64,000 bases of DNA from Callorhinchus milii (lineage: Eukaryota). The stretch covers positions 2,606,001 through 2,670,000 of the forward strand of contig NW_024704742.1 of NCBI RefSeq assembly GCF_018977255.1, given 5' to 3'. Made by a program: the position numbers and the translations under genes. The notes under the pieces are model-generated. The model was given only the letters and a program-made list of their open reading frames with translations. It was not told the origin of the DNA and made no database searches. Shown here piece after piece: positions 52,829-64,000 of this stretch (position 1 is its first letter; each line of letters begins with the position of its first letter).

Positions 52829-52938
52829 ATGGCTACGCACCGTTTTTATCCATGACGAGCCGAGATAACATCTTCAGGGTGTCGGGCACCTTGTTGAGTT
52901 CTCCGGGACCGGCGTATTACGACGGTTTTCAAATGCAG
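52829..52938 (+). CDS. STPG2: STPG2-like exon 2
   Basis: Acceptor ctctttccag|AT and donor ATGCAG|gtgtga. 110 nt, phase 1 to 0: (D)GYAPFLSMTSRDNIFRVSGTLLSSPGPAYYDGFQMQ, with APFLS and a PGP-x-x-Y repeat. Confidence 0.88.
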
Positions 52939-53529
52939 GTGTGATATCCGCTGACAGAACCGCACTGCACTTGAAGTCCTCGCCGAGGAGCCTTGAGGCG
53001 GCCGCCATCCCAACGCCAATGGAGCTTATCCGTCAAAAGCAAAGGGGCTGTTATTATTCCAGAAAGTTGCCAACGCTTCGGTCCAGCGCATAAGTGAAGC
53101 TCAATGTACCCGTTCAATCGGATCTACAGAGCGAGTTTCTATGCTTCCGAACGGCGCCCGAGAGTTCGGTCGAAGCTCGAGCTCTTTCGCCGCTGTGCGA
53201 CACAGGAAGGCGGAAGGGGGAAGAAAGTGACGGTGGTCAAGAATCGCCTGTTGCGAAAGATTCAGACCCTTCACTTTCTTTCTGTCCTTTAGTTGAGAAA
53301 AACCCTACCTGCGCCACAAAAGCCGCCCGCTTTCCCCGGGGGGGGTGGGGGGGGGGGGTGGATGGCGGGTCAGTTAACATCGAAGGTCGCCGCAAGGTAT
53401 CGCAAATTCATCTCCGTGGCGGAGCCATGTGAAAAGACGCTCAAAAAGAAGAGCGGAGGGTTCCGGTTTGCACGTCAGTGTTAAGACGTGTAAGCGCGAT
53501 GAACGTGTAAGCGCTAAACACTCGCGACA

Positions 53530-53905
53530 GCAGCAACAACAACCACAGCTTGGATTTACATAGCGCCCTCCACGCCGGACGGCGCTTCGGAGCGCTTCAC
53601 AGCGACGGTAAGAGTAGCCGAAGGCGCGGTCGGAGAGAAAGGTCTTCAGCGGGGGGACCTGAAAACGGGAAGGGAGGGGGCGAGGCGAAGGGAGTGAGGA
53701 AGGCAGTTCCAGAGCCTCGGGGCGCAGTGGCTGAAGGCACGGCCGCCGAGGGTGGAGGGGGGGAGGAGGAGGGGGACGAGGAGGAGGGCCCAGACCCGGA
53801 GGAACGAAGGCAACGGGTGCTGTTTTGAGGAGAAGGGAGGTCAGAGAGGTCGGGGGGTGCAAGAGGAGTGGAGGGACTTGAAGACAAGGGTGAGGATTTT
53901 GAAGT
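53530..53905 (-). mobile_element. L2-like LINE 3' fragment in STPG2 intron 2
   Basis: Reverse complement of L2 ORF2 end and tail (caacaacaacc...tttacatagcgcc). Confidence 0.75.
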
Positions 53906-54211
53906 TGAACAAGAACTTGCAAGTTCTTCACCGGTAAAGCCTTATCGCTCGTTTGCAAACTGGAACAATTTTATTGTCACATATGTACGAGCAACAATGA
54001 CCGATCCAATTGCTTAGTATTTTATCGTGCTCAAAGCTTCTGACTCCAGCTATGATTTGCTGCGTATTTGACCTCCTATTTGGATGGGACGATTCTCATA
54101 ACCAATCCAGCACTCAGGCGTTAAGAAGTTGTTCAGCGAACCTTTACGAACAGTGCGTGGGTTTTGTTTCGACCGAAGCAAATGGTCTATTTTTCTATGT
54201 GTGGATTTTAG

Positions 54212-54376
54212 AACCGTGTTCCTGGAGGGCAGAGTCTGCAGAACAAGGCCCTTCGCTTCAAAGAAAGCAAAGAAGACAAACCTGGACCTGGGATCTACAT
54301 TCCGATCTCCGACTTTGACGAAATTCAGAAAAAGCCGAAAATGTGCAGATTGCTTAAGAAACCGAAGAGTATAGTG
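54212..54376 (+). CDS. STPG2: STPG2-like exon 3
   Basis: Acceptor gattttag|AAC and donor ATAGTG|gtgagc. 165 nt, phase 0/0: NRVPGGQSLQNKALRFKESKEDKPGPGIYIPISDFDEIQKKPKMCRLLKKPKSIV, with GG.SLQN..RF and a PGPG.Y repeat. Confidence 0.85.
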
Positions 54377-54523
54377 GTGAGCTCTTACCTCTGCATCTCT
54401 ATTATCTATAATATATGTAAAAAATATACACACCTGTATATAAAATATATATATTACTCATTTCGCTCATTCTGGACAGCTCTGAATCAGCACAATTACT
54501 TCTTCTTATCTTTCGCTCTCCAG

Positions 54524-54673
54524 ATACCAGATGCCCATATGCCCACTGCCCCATCGATCCCTTCAAGCAATCAGTCCTATGGCTATGAAGAAACCAAAGT
54601 AGGAATTCTCTGCAGGAAACCACCCCCTGCCCGAGACCTGACATTGGGTCCAGCGTTTTATTATCCACAGTTT
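54524..54673 (+). CDS. STPG2: STPG2-like exon 4 (the gene continues; later exons not found in this window)
   Basis: Acceptor cgctctccag|ATA and donor CAGTTT|gtaagt. 150 nt: IPDAHMPTAPSIPSSNQSYGYEETKVGILCRKPPPARDLTLGPAFYYPQF, matching the STPG2 PSIPS...SYGY...PP..D.TLGPA.Y.PQF pattern. Confidence 0.9.
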
Positions 54674-55959
54674 GTAAGTAACAGCAATAATTACTCACCG
54701 CGACCGAACCAACAACGCTAAGAAATGCTTAAATAGTCGCCGTTACTCTCTGCAGACTCAGTAACTGGTTAAGGAGGATGCATCCCTCCGGAGTCCGTTA
54801 ACCTGGTAAACTAGATCCGGGCTGTGTTGTTTACTTGCTTCTCCTGTGTTGCTCATTTGGTTTAAAACGGCAGTCGTTACCCCCCCACCCTCAAAAGAAA
54901 AAAAAATACTTCCCTTGACCCGTCAAGGTTCTATGTATTTTGCCGTTAAACGTGGCAGCCAATTTACTCACGGCAATATCCTTCACTCTACCGTAAATTC
55001 CGTGGAGTGCTTTGAGACGTTCCCGACCTCCCCGGCCCTTTGACGTGAGAGAGAGGCGCTTTATCCGATGCAGAGGTTTTCGTTCTTCTTCTTAAAAGCA
55101 ATCGAATTATACCGAGGGGATGACTCCCTACAGCTCGCAAAGTGCTGCGCTGTAACCCACCCCTGACCGTGTTTAACTGCTCGTGAGCTGAGCCGAGGAG
55201 AGCGACTGGAAATAACACAGCGCTGCACAGCATTTCGCATGCCCGTTCACCGGCCAACGCCCGATGTCTCAATCTGAGAGACGATACGCATCCCGGGCAA
55301 GCGTTCAACTCTGCCCGGCTATATTTGTGCTGCGTGGACCGCGCGTACGAGGACGGACGTGCGCGCGATAGACGGTGCGAGCTCCAGGCATCTCAGAGGG
55401 AACCGCACGGCAGAGAATCCCGGCCTCGGTAGGGTTTTCGCTCGCTTGAGTCAGCCTCACGCCAGTCCGGTGCGACGGACATGGCATCGTTCGCTGAAAC
55501 GTGCCTCACTCGTGCTGGCGGGTGTTTGGGTCCGAATAAGGCAACACGGTCTTACATTACCGATGCATTCCAGCAGATGACAGCAGAGCTACGTGAAGCC
55601 GAATGCTTTCTCTGTGCGAGGCGCTGCTACGGTGAGGGATTTAAGATTTTATTCCCGACCAGCAGTGACTAACTCTGATCGGCCACTGGGGGGGTCGTCT
55701 GAAGCCGAGCAGACGAACGCCGTTATCTGGCGGTCAGACGATCTTACTTCTGCTTTACAGCCCGTTACCTCTCTGCGGTGCAATTCCCTGCCTCGGTTGA
55801 ATGTGATACAAATTCTCCCCAACCCCCTCCTTCCCTGTGTGGAAACCCTGGGGAAGAATCCACAGAGTTAATAAGGAGGAAAGGGCAAATGGACAATGCA
55901 AACTCTTGACGGGGGGAATCCGTGCAACAGGGCGACCGCAATGAACCACACATTAAATA

Positions 55960-56205
55960 ACGTTGGGCGAGTTTCCTCAACTCCACGCGCCTCTGTTTGC
56001 CGAGCAGTACGTAGGAACCCGGTTGTCAGTCGATTGGCCGATCGGTTCTCCGGGGGTAATAATTCCTTAAAAAAATCGATAATAATTTGGTCACTCAATC
56101 CACGGCTGTTTATGGGGCATCGCCGTGCGCCATCGGCTGCCGCATTCCGCCCACGAAATGCACAGTCAGTTCATTTGATCGGGTGTTTTGTGAAGCGCTT
56201 TTGGG
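55960..56205 (+). mobile_element. Truncated SINE (long variant body)
   Basis: ctccacgcgcctctgtttgccgagcagtacgtaggaacccggttg... body. Confidence 0.8.
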
Positions 56206-56554
56206 AAGAAGCAATCCTTTGAGGACTGTGCGTCTCATTTCTTTTACGGCGTAAGGCGTTGTTTTCCCGCAGTAGCGTTGTTTCCGCGTGGTGTCTCCTC
56301 GACTCACACAGCGGTTCAAGCAAGATTTATAGTTTTAAAGGCTGTATGTAATCACAACAGCACCTTCAGGAATTTGCAGCGCAAAGAGGTCACCTGTTTC
56401 TAAGGACTCCGATTGATGCCATTTAAGCGGAAATCTTAGTGGAAGGAATAATTCATGATATGATTATACTGAGGATTTTGGAAGGGAAAGCCCCGATTTT
56501 GCTTAATTCCGTGAAAGATTAGAGTCTCCCTCGGAGCCTTGCTTGGCACTCAAT

Positions 56555-57260
56555 GTTCAGCCCCACATCCGTGCCATGACCCGCACCGCCTTTCCAAACC
56601 TCCATAACATCGCCCGGCTCCGCCGCTGCCTCTCCCCTCAGACCCTCATCCGAGCTTTCCGTCACATCGAGGCTCGACTCCGCTAACTCCCTGCTTGTCG
56701 GCCTTCCCAACTCTTCCCTCCGCAGGCTGTAGATCATCCAGAACTCTGCAGCTCGTGCGTCCACTCCCCTCACCAGGCTCCGTGACCTTATCCCCACAAT
56801 CCTCGCCGGCTCTACTGGCTCCTCACCGCCCCCCCCCCCCCCCCCCGAGGATAGTTCAAAATCCTCGCCCTCGCCTTCAAAGCCCTCCACGGCCTTGCCT
56901 TGCCCTTCCCTACCTCTGTGACCTGCTAACTCCGCATCGACCCGTCCGCTCCCTCCACTCAGCGAGCTCTGGCCTGCTCCTTGTCCCCCCGCCCGGCCCG
57001 CCCCATCATCGGCGGTCAGCCTTCAGACTATGCCCCCATCCTTTGGGATTCCATCCCACAGTCCTGTCGCCTCGCTCCCTCCCTTGTCTCCTCCAAGGCC
57101 TGTGTCAAGACCCTCCTTTCGACGGTGTCTCCGATCACCCTCCCTGCCCTCCACCCTTCCGATCCTAACCTCCAGCTCGAGTCCAAATCCTTAACTGTCC
57201 AGTACTGTGGGACGTCCTCCTGACATGAAAGGCGCCACCTGTATAAATGTGGTTTGTTCA
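56555..57260 (+). mobile_element. L2-like LINE 3' portion
   Basis: Same ORF2 end and 3'UTR as 23855-24715. Confidence 0.85.
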
Positions 57261-58220
57261 TTTTGCCCATTTCTGTCGAACTACAGTATTTGCTGACTGG
57301 ACCTCACCAAAGTCCTGCGATATTAACAAGCTTGTGAATCTGCTCGGTGAGGTGTGATTCGTGACACATCAATGCACGCAGGTGAAAGAAAGAGTAGCAT
57401 TGCTAATGTTTGTTTTTAGATGATTTCTGAATGCACTGTCGAGAAAACCACAAACAACACCGCTGCTTCTCCTGAAAGGAATCGATTTGAAATATAGGGA
57501 TGTTATGCTACCGTGTGATCGTATTGGAACAGATAGTGTGCTTGCTAAAAAGAGAGATGGTAATTTATTGTATTAACTACAATGCGGTATTTTAGGTATA
57601 TGGTCATTTTTTTTTATTCTCTTGCCATAAACGTGCTGCCTGCATGAGCTGAGCTCGGTTGTATTGGCAGAGATAATTGCCGCAAATACACAAGTCAATC
57701 CACTTCACAGTGTATCCTGCGAAGCACTCTGAGATGTCTCAATGGTGTGATACGGCGCTATATCAAATGCAAGTGTTATTATTTTGACACTGAGGATTGC
57801 ACATCGAGGCAATGGGTGATGGAGTGTGGTCAGGCTACAGAAGATAACGTGGATGCACCGAGAGGTAACATGGTGTAGTTTCTCCCACACTTTTTTCACC
57901 CAGGGATGGTCCCGAAGATTAATTTCCGTTCCATTAACGTTTGAGAATGGATAGTATAAATCTAGTGCTTCTCCATCTCCGATGATGTAGTTTTTGTTGA
58001 CGTGTGCATTTGCCCGGAATTCCTATATCAGTCCCATTAATTAGCTTGAGTGTCCTTAATCTAGCAAAGCTGTCGGGTGTAAGTGTATGTGCATCTATAC
58101 AGATTGATGTCCTCTTCTCTTTGCCCACAAAATATACAGTCAGCTGATTTGACAGTATATTCTCTAAAGCACTTTGAGATGTCTTGAAGATGTGATAAGG
58201 CGCTATACCAGATGCAAGGA

Positions 58221-58255
<35 letters not shown>

Positions 58256-59125
58256 GTATGTCCAGGTTTATATCCTTGACATTATCCTCCGAATTGTCTT
58301 GTGGACCGTAAAAGAACGTTAGGTATTTTTTTAAAAAAACACATGCAAGCTTAATAACCGTCTGTGAGACACAGGAAAAAACAGGCAGAAGGTTTGCAGA
58401 ATGATCGCTCTTCAGTCAAAACAAAATCCTATGATGGTGGTGAGACGCACAGCCCAAGAGTGAACAAGGTTGTCCGTACTTTTGGGTTTGTGCACAACCT
58501 TCTGTAAGCACGGAACAGATGGTTATGTTTGATTTATAATGAATGTTCCTGTGCCTGTGTTTTAATCAACTTGAGATACCCAGTTGCAGCTTGAAAGACT
58601 CCCAAAGCTTCCTTGTGCCCATTAATAAAAGGATAGTGATGGAACCACCGAGAAACTGTGGTTGAGGGGCCAGGACTCTTATCGGTCAATGACGCTCACT
58701 TTCTCAACTGCTAGAAGCACAGCCTTACGGTATTCTCTCTTAGAATTGGAAATATCATCAATTAAACAAATGCAAGGATTATCCCCCCCAAAAAGTTCCT
58801 ATCTTTGAACAATCAAAAATGAAATAAAGTCAGCAATTTTGCCGATTATAATTTGAAACCTCTTCTTGTTTGCCTTGAGATGTGCAAGTATAAAGTAATC
58901 GGGGTGTAATATGGGATGTAATATGGGGTGATTTCTTTATAAAGAAAGTGGAAGTACGTAACACTAACCCGTGAGATCTTCGCAAGAGAGGGATCTACTT
59001 CTGGAACAAAGTTCCCGCTGGTTTGCGTGACGTTCTTTCCTGATTCTTTTCCTGAGACTCCACTCACGCTCCTCATGTTACATTTTTAAAATCTAATCAT
59101 AGAATACTGTGAGCCTTAGAGTCTT

Positions 59126-59838
59126 AATAATATTAATAATAATAATCCTTGCATTTGATATAGCGCCTTATCACGTCTTTGAGACGCCTCCAAGTGCTTC
59201 ACAGAGTAAACTGTAAAGTGAATTGACTGTATATATTGTGAGCGAAACACAGCAGCCCAACCACCGTGGATTGAACAAATTGTCACTCTTATTTATATTT
59301 TGTTTTAAGGGATTATTACCTCAAGAAAAGTGATCCGCCAATTGACTAACAGCCGGGTTCCTACTTACTGAGTCTCGTAGCACAGTGGTTAGAGCACTCG
59401 CCTCGCAAGCGAGCGGACCTGGGTTCGATTCCCGGGCAGGGCGAAACTTTGGGCAAGTTTCTTTACTCCACACGCCTCTGTTTGCCGAGCAGTAAGTAGG
59501 AACACAGTTGTTAGGCGATTGGCGGGATCGCTTTTCCGAGGATAATAATCCCTCAAATAAAACCAATAATAATTTGGTCACTCAATCCACGACAGCTGTG
59601 CGCAATTGGCTGCCGCGTTTCACCCACAGCTATACAGTCAATTCACTTTACAATATGTTCTATAAAGCGCTTTGAGACGTCTCGATGACGTGAAAAGCGC
59701 TCCATCAAATGCAAGGATTATTATTATTATTGTTGCTAGGTAAACAGTGGCGTGTGGATGTCACCCTGCCCGGGAATCGAACCCGGGTCCTCTCGCTTGC
59801 GAGGCGGGTGCTCTAACCAATACGCTACAGGACTCCAC
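59126..59838. mobile_element. Nested SINEs: a + strand copy (~59370-59730) inserted in a - strand copy (59126-59369 and 59731-59838)
   Basis: The outer element is split within ...cctacttactg|ctaggtaaacag..., which is contiguous in the 48.8 kb copy. The inner copy has a complete head and (ATT)n tail. Confidence 0.85.
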
Positions 59839-60574
59839 GTAACAAAAGTCTTCCCCTGATTTTTTTCTCCTTTGTTTTGGCTAACAATCCCCCAAATAAA
59901 AATGGTCAACCTTCACGCACGTTTGTAGGTTATTGCCATGTTCAAATTGGTTGCCTGCAAAATACAGTGACCGCACTTTACAATATATCTTGTGAAGAAG
60001 CACATCCTTCCGACATGAAAGGCGCTGCACCAAATCAAAGAATTATTATATTTGTTTTCTGTGGGTTACTTTTGCTGACCTCCATCTATATTCACTGCTT
60101 CCGACACAATCCAACCCACGGTTACTTTACGAAATTGTAGCCAACCGGTTTTTGCCACGTGTCTGTAATTGTGGATTACTGTGGTGTCCGAGCAGAGACT
60201 TAACAATGTGCCTCCATGTAAAAATGCCCCCGCACCTCACTAGTGAATGCTGGTGTGCATAGAATGACCTTGAGGAAGGTTTAAGTACTGTGCAAAGGAA
60301 CATGATTTATGAAAGACCTTCCCTTGGGAAAAGGACTGACAAGTTGCTCTGTTTTATAGCTTGCTAAAGTAGAGTACCTCATAAGGTCCATTATTAATGG
60401 CTGTCATTCACAGTCTTGGGGAGAGCGTACGTTTTGGGAGTTGGTAACCTTCAGCTGGTGTACTTGACTATGAACCACTCCTGTGTAGCGCATTGCTCCG
60501 TTTTTTTTTCTCTCAAGTAGCTTTGGCGCATTACTTGGGAATTCACTGCATTGGTGAAGGAAAATGCAAGGGTT

Positions 60575-60760
60575 GCCTACGGGATGTTTAACATCCGCCT
60601 GAGGGGAATTTGGTTTAACGTCTGACCTGAAAGACGGCACCTCCGACAATGCAGCACCACCCCAGGACTGCATTGAAGTGTCAGACGATGTGAGTACTAG
60701 TCCTGGCAAAGAGCTTGAACCCACTGCTTGCTGACTGTAGGGTGAGGGTGCTACCAGCAC
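60575..60760 (-). mobile_element. tRNA-headed Deu-domain SINE 5' part
   Basis: ggtttaacgtctgacctgaaagacggcacctccgacaatgcagcac (reverse Deu core) and cttgaacccac (reverse B box). Confidence 0.7.
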
Positions 60761-62689
60761 AGTCGGTCCCGTGGCCCTACTCAAAAATAGAAGGCAGTCT
60801 CTGCCAGTCTGCTGGCCGACAATTCCCCCAAATAAACTTGCTCGTTCATTTCACAGCCGTTTGTGGGACATCGCTGTACGCTATTGGGCTGCAGTTTTCG
60901 CCCACAAATCCACAGTCACTTCAGTTGACGGTATATCCTGTGAAGTGCTTTGGGACGGCCTTCCCGACACGAAAGGTGCTATCCCAAATGCGAGAGTTAC
61001 TACTTATTATTTAAGGAGACATTTGCTGCGTGCACGAGGGAGAAGAGAATAGAGGGGTAGAGGAGAGGGGCAGAGAAGGTTGAGGGGAGGTGTGGAAGCT
61101 TTGTGTGGAGTATAAACACTGAATTTTATAATAACATTAGTGTAAAATAATATATGACACAGTAAACTCACGTAAGTCTTCTCGTTATAAATCGTATGAT
61201 CGTAGTCGTACATTCACCTGAGTCACTTAATTATACAGTCGTGTTTTACGAGTTGGATGGACAGCTAAGTTGTAATGGTTTCTTGGTCTCAAATAAACCT
61301 AAAATCCTCTGCAAATCATATCCTAACTCGTTTCGCCGCTGCCGTCCTTTACCGGCTACATTGAAGCACCGGGGCACAGTGTTCTGTTTGAAACAAGTGG
61401 GGGAAACAAGGTCTTGGTTTAGGTCTTCATCATATCACAAAAGATAAACTTAATTTGCGTAGAGCACAGTAAGTCTGCTGAGCCAACGTCTATAAACTTT
61501 GCCAGTAAGTCGTATCAAATGTTATGGTCCCGACTGATACGACTTAGTCAAGTTTACTTGTATTAGTATATATTAACAATCATAATAGTAATAATACTAT
61601 TCTTAATGTGCTATTTTAGTGTTTCATGTAGGTAATCCTGCAAAAGCAGTATGTGATGATTCAGACCTGCAGATGAGATAGTTTCAATTCCTGCTGTCGG
61701 TGGGTGACCAAATTGGCAATATCTTTGCTCATCTTTACTGTAAGCATCTAATTCCTGAAACTAATTCACATGGCAATTGTGTGGAATTATTTCCGCACAT
61801 ACATTTGTTAGCAGATCGCCAGATAGCAGATTGAGACAAGAAGCCTCATTTAAAGGGGGTGGGAGAGGGGGTGGGGTGGAGTGGGCTTGTTAAAATTAGT
61901 TTAATTGACAATATCCTTTCATCTCTAATGGAATTGCCTCTGAATTATCGGCGACTTTTGGCTGTGCAACGTGAGGCACCTGCGAGAATTAATATGGGAG
62001 AGAACAGCCCGTTAATGTGTAAATTAATGAGCGAGGGTACTTTACTTCTATATTTATTCTATTCTTCAATTTAATTAGCTGCAGGACCATTTAAAAAGTA
62101 CCAAAGTACCTTCCTCATCCATTTGGATGTCAACCTGAGAGGAGGAGATCAGTAATTCTTCTGCAAATTACACCATGGCCTTCACCAGAAAAGATGTGCT
62201 CAAATTTGATGAGTTTCTTTCAATGAAACCATATTTTACAGCCTAATGAAAATCAAAACCCTCACCGTGACCTTGAAGTGGCTAAACATAACATTCTAAT
62301 GCAAGAAAGATTTGGGTGATTTAAGATTATTAACTCGCATTATTTATTTCCTCCCGCATCTGTTTTTTGGCTAACAGGCTTTTAATCCGGTGATAAATGG
62401 GGAATTCTTACCTGACTAACAGAAAGGTCACTAAGTAGTGGACAATTTATATTGTTTATAATTCAGTGGTTTTGGGATCCCAGTGCAGTAATCAATTCTC
62501 CAAGTGGGAAGACAATGGGGGATGAAGGATATTCGTTAGTGATCTGATTTTATCTGAAGAGCAAACCACACAATTGCGTTCATTTAAAGTAAATACAGCT
62601 CCCGTCAATGTAACCTCACCCCAGGCTCTAGTCGTATCAACCTCCTCAGTTACTCGAGCAACCCATGGAGCCTGTGCAGAACCTCCACC

Positions 62690-63209
62690 TTTTGTTCGAC
62701 CCTCAACTCTCCTCCGGGTAATTCAATTGACCAAATCCGCTTTCCTCCATAACCCACCTCCCCCCAGTGCTTTACCATGCAATTGGCCAAACGCTCATCC
62801 GTACAGTTGTCATCACTGCTCACCAGCCTCCCCAGCTCTGCCATCCACAAACACCAGACAGTCCACGTCCTTTCCCACACTCGGCTCCTCAAGTGCATCA
62901 CCTCATTCCAATGTTTTTCCTGTTGTCCTGCAGATCAACTTTAAGACCCTAGTCCTCACTTCCTTGACCTTGCTTTATTCTACCTTGATGATCACTTGCA
63001 ACCCCACTCTTCCCCCTCCACCCCCGTCAGTCACTCTGTTTGCCCCGCCAACTGTGGCTTGCCTCATGTTCCTTGCCCTCTGTCCCACCATTGGCGGGTG
63101 AGCTTTCAACCAATTTTTCCACCCTCTCTGGAACTCTCTTGCTTCCATTTTCCCTCCCTGTATATCAAAAGCTGTCTCAAGATCGTCTCTATGACTGCGT
63201 CTTTAGCTA

Positions 63210-63258
<49 letters not shown>

Positions 63259-63345
63259 AGCTCAGGCTCCCACTCAGGCTTTGTGAAGTGTTTTCTGCCG
63301 TTCTCCTTGCATGAAAAGCGTTATATAAATGCAAATTGGTGTTGC
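62690..63345 (+). mobile_element. Old L2-like LINE 3' portion with an internal (CT)n
   Basis: QINFKTLVLT...CPTIGG remnants; tail aaaagcgttatataaatgcaaattggtgttg. Confidence 0.7.
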
Positions 63346-63735
63346 CAAAGATATTTATTTTTTTGATATACTAGTAAGTGGGTTTGAGCATTTGAAAAGC
63401 CATCTACATCATGTTTCAAGCTTTGCATTCAGCCCTGAAAAAAAATCAATGATATTTTTTGAGGAAATAGGTTTAGCTTTACAAAGAGCTGTGATTTCAC
63501 AAGTGCGTCTGCACCGTGTATTTGTAAGTGCTTCTTGCTGTGGGCATTACAATGTACTTAAAGTTAGCTGAAATGTGTGTAAGAAGTGTTGAATAGGTGA
63601 ACACAAAGATGAACGATACAGCGGTAATAAAGATTGCCACTCCAGTACAATTCACATTATTTCTTGCTTTTATACAGTAATAAATAATCAGGAGATGGGA
63701 TTGGGATGTGGAGGAGAAAGGGCCTGGAGGCTGTA

Positions 63736-63905
63736 TAATAATAATAATCCTTCCTTTTGATATAGCGCCTTATCATGGTCTTTGAGACGTCTCAAAGCGC
63801 TTCACAGAATCTACTGTAAAGTGTAGTGACTGCATTTTGTGGGCGAAACCCGGCAGCCAACTCGCACACAGCAGTGTCCCACAAACGGTGATGGATTGAG
63901 TGATA
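63736..63905 (-). mobile_element. SINE 3' part
   Basis: aataataataatcc...gatatagcgccttatca...gcgcttcacag...cagcagtgtcccacaaac. Confidence 0.8.
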
Positions 63906-64000
63906 TGAAATCCGGGGAGAATAAAGATTAGGGATGTGGGGAAAAAAGCTGGGATAATGGATGAGGGATAGGACCTAGGATAGGCACTTGTGTAGAGTGT

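Larger units (their letters stand above)
52130..53900. promoter_or_regulatory. CpG island / STPG2 promoter and first exons
   Basis: Visibly high GC and CpG density around the STPG2 start codon compared with the CpG-poor background. CpG-rich sequence continues patchily to ~56200. Confidence 0.7.

Noticed and set aside
61345..61447. ATLKHRGTVF resembling the expected next STPG2 exon
   Set aside because: No convincing splice acceptor, no PGPG-Y motif, and the frame ends in a stop.

Overview
Vertebrate genomic DNA, most likely a cartilaginous fish (inferred from the repeat content: tRNA-derived and Deu-domain SINEs, L2 and CR1 LINE relics). The + strand carries the last three coding exons of the glutamate receptor delta-2 gene GRID2 (6764-6930, 33902-34142, 42601-43023, ending ...NDPDRGTSI*) with a ~2.3 kb 3'UTR. 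About 7 kb after the poly(A) signal, a CpG island holds the first four coding exons of an STPG2-like sperm-tail PG-rich repeat gene (52455-54673, + strand), which the ORF track does not assemble. The rest is intron or intergenic sequence full of SINE/LINE fragments and simple repeats. Main leads: (1) GRID2 sits directly upstream of STPG2, whereas ATOH1 follows GRID2 in human, which fits one large inversion; (2) a splice-consistent candidate alternative GRID2 C-terminus ending in a PDZ-like motif; (3) a 64-bp near-perfect intronic inverted repeat; (4) near-identical inverted SINEs on either side of the M4 exon; (5) an RFX X-box-like site between strand-switched C-rich and G-rich arrays upstream of STPG2. 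No previously undescribed system can be demonstrated from the sequence alone. Gene identifications rest on remembered protein sequences, not a database search, and repeat boundaries are approximate.
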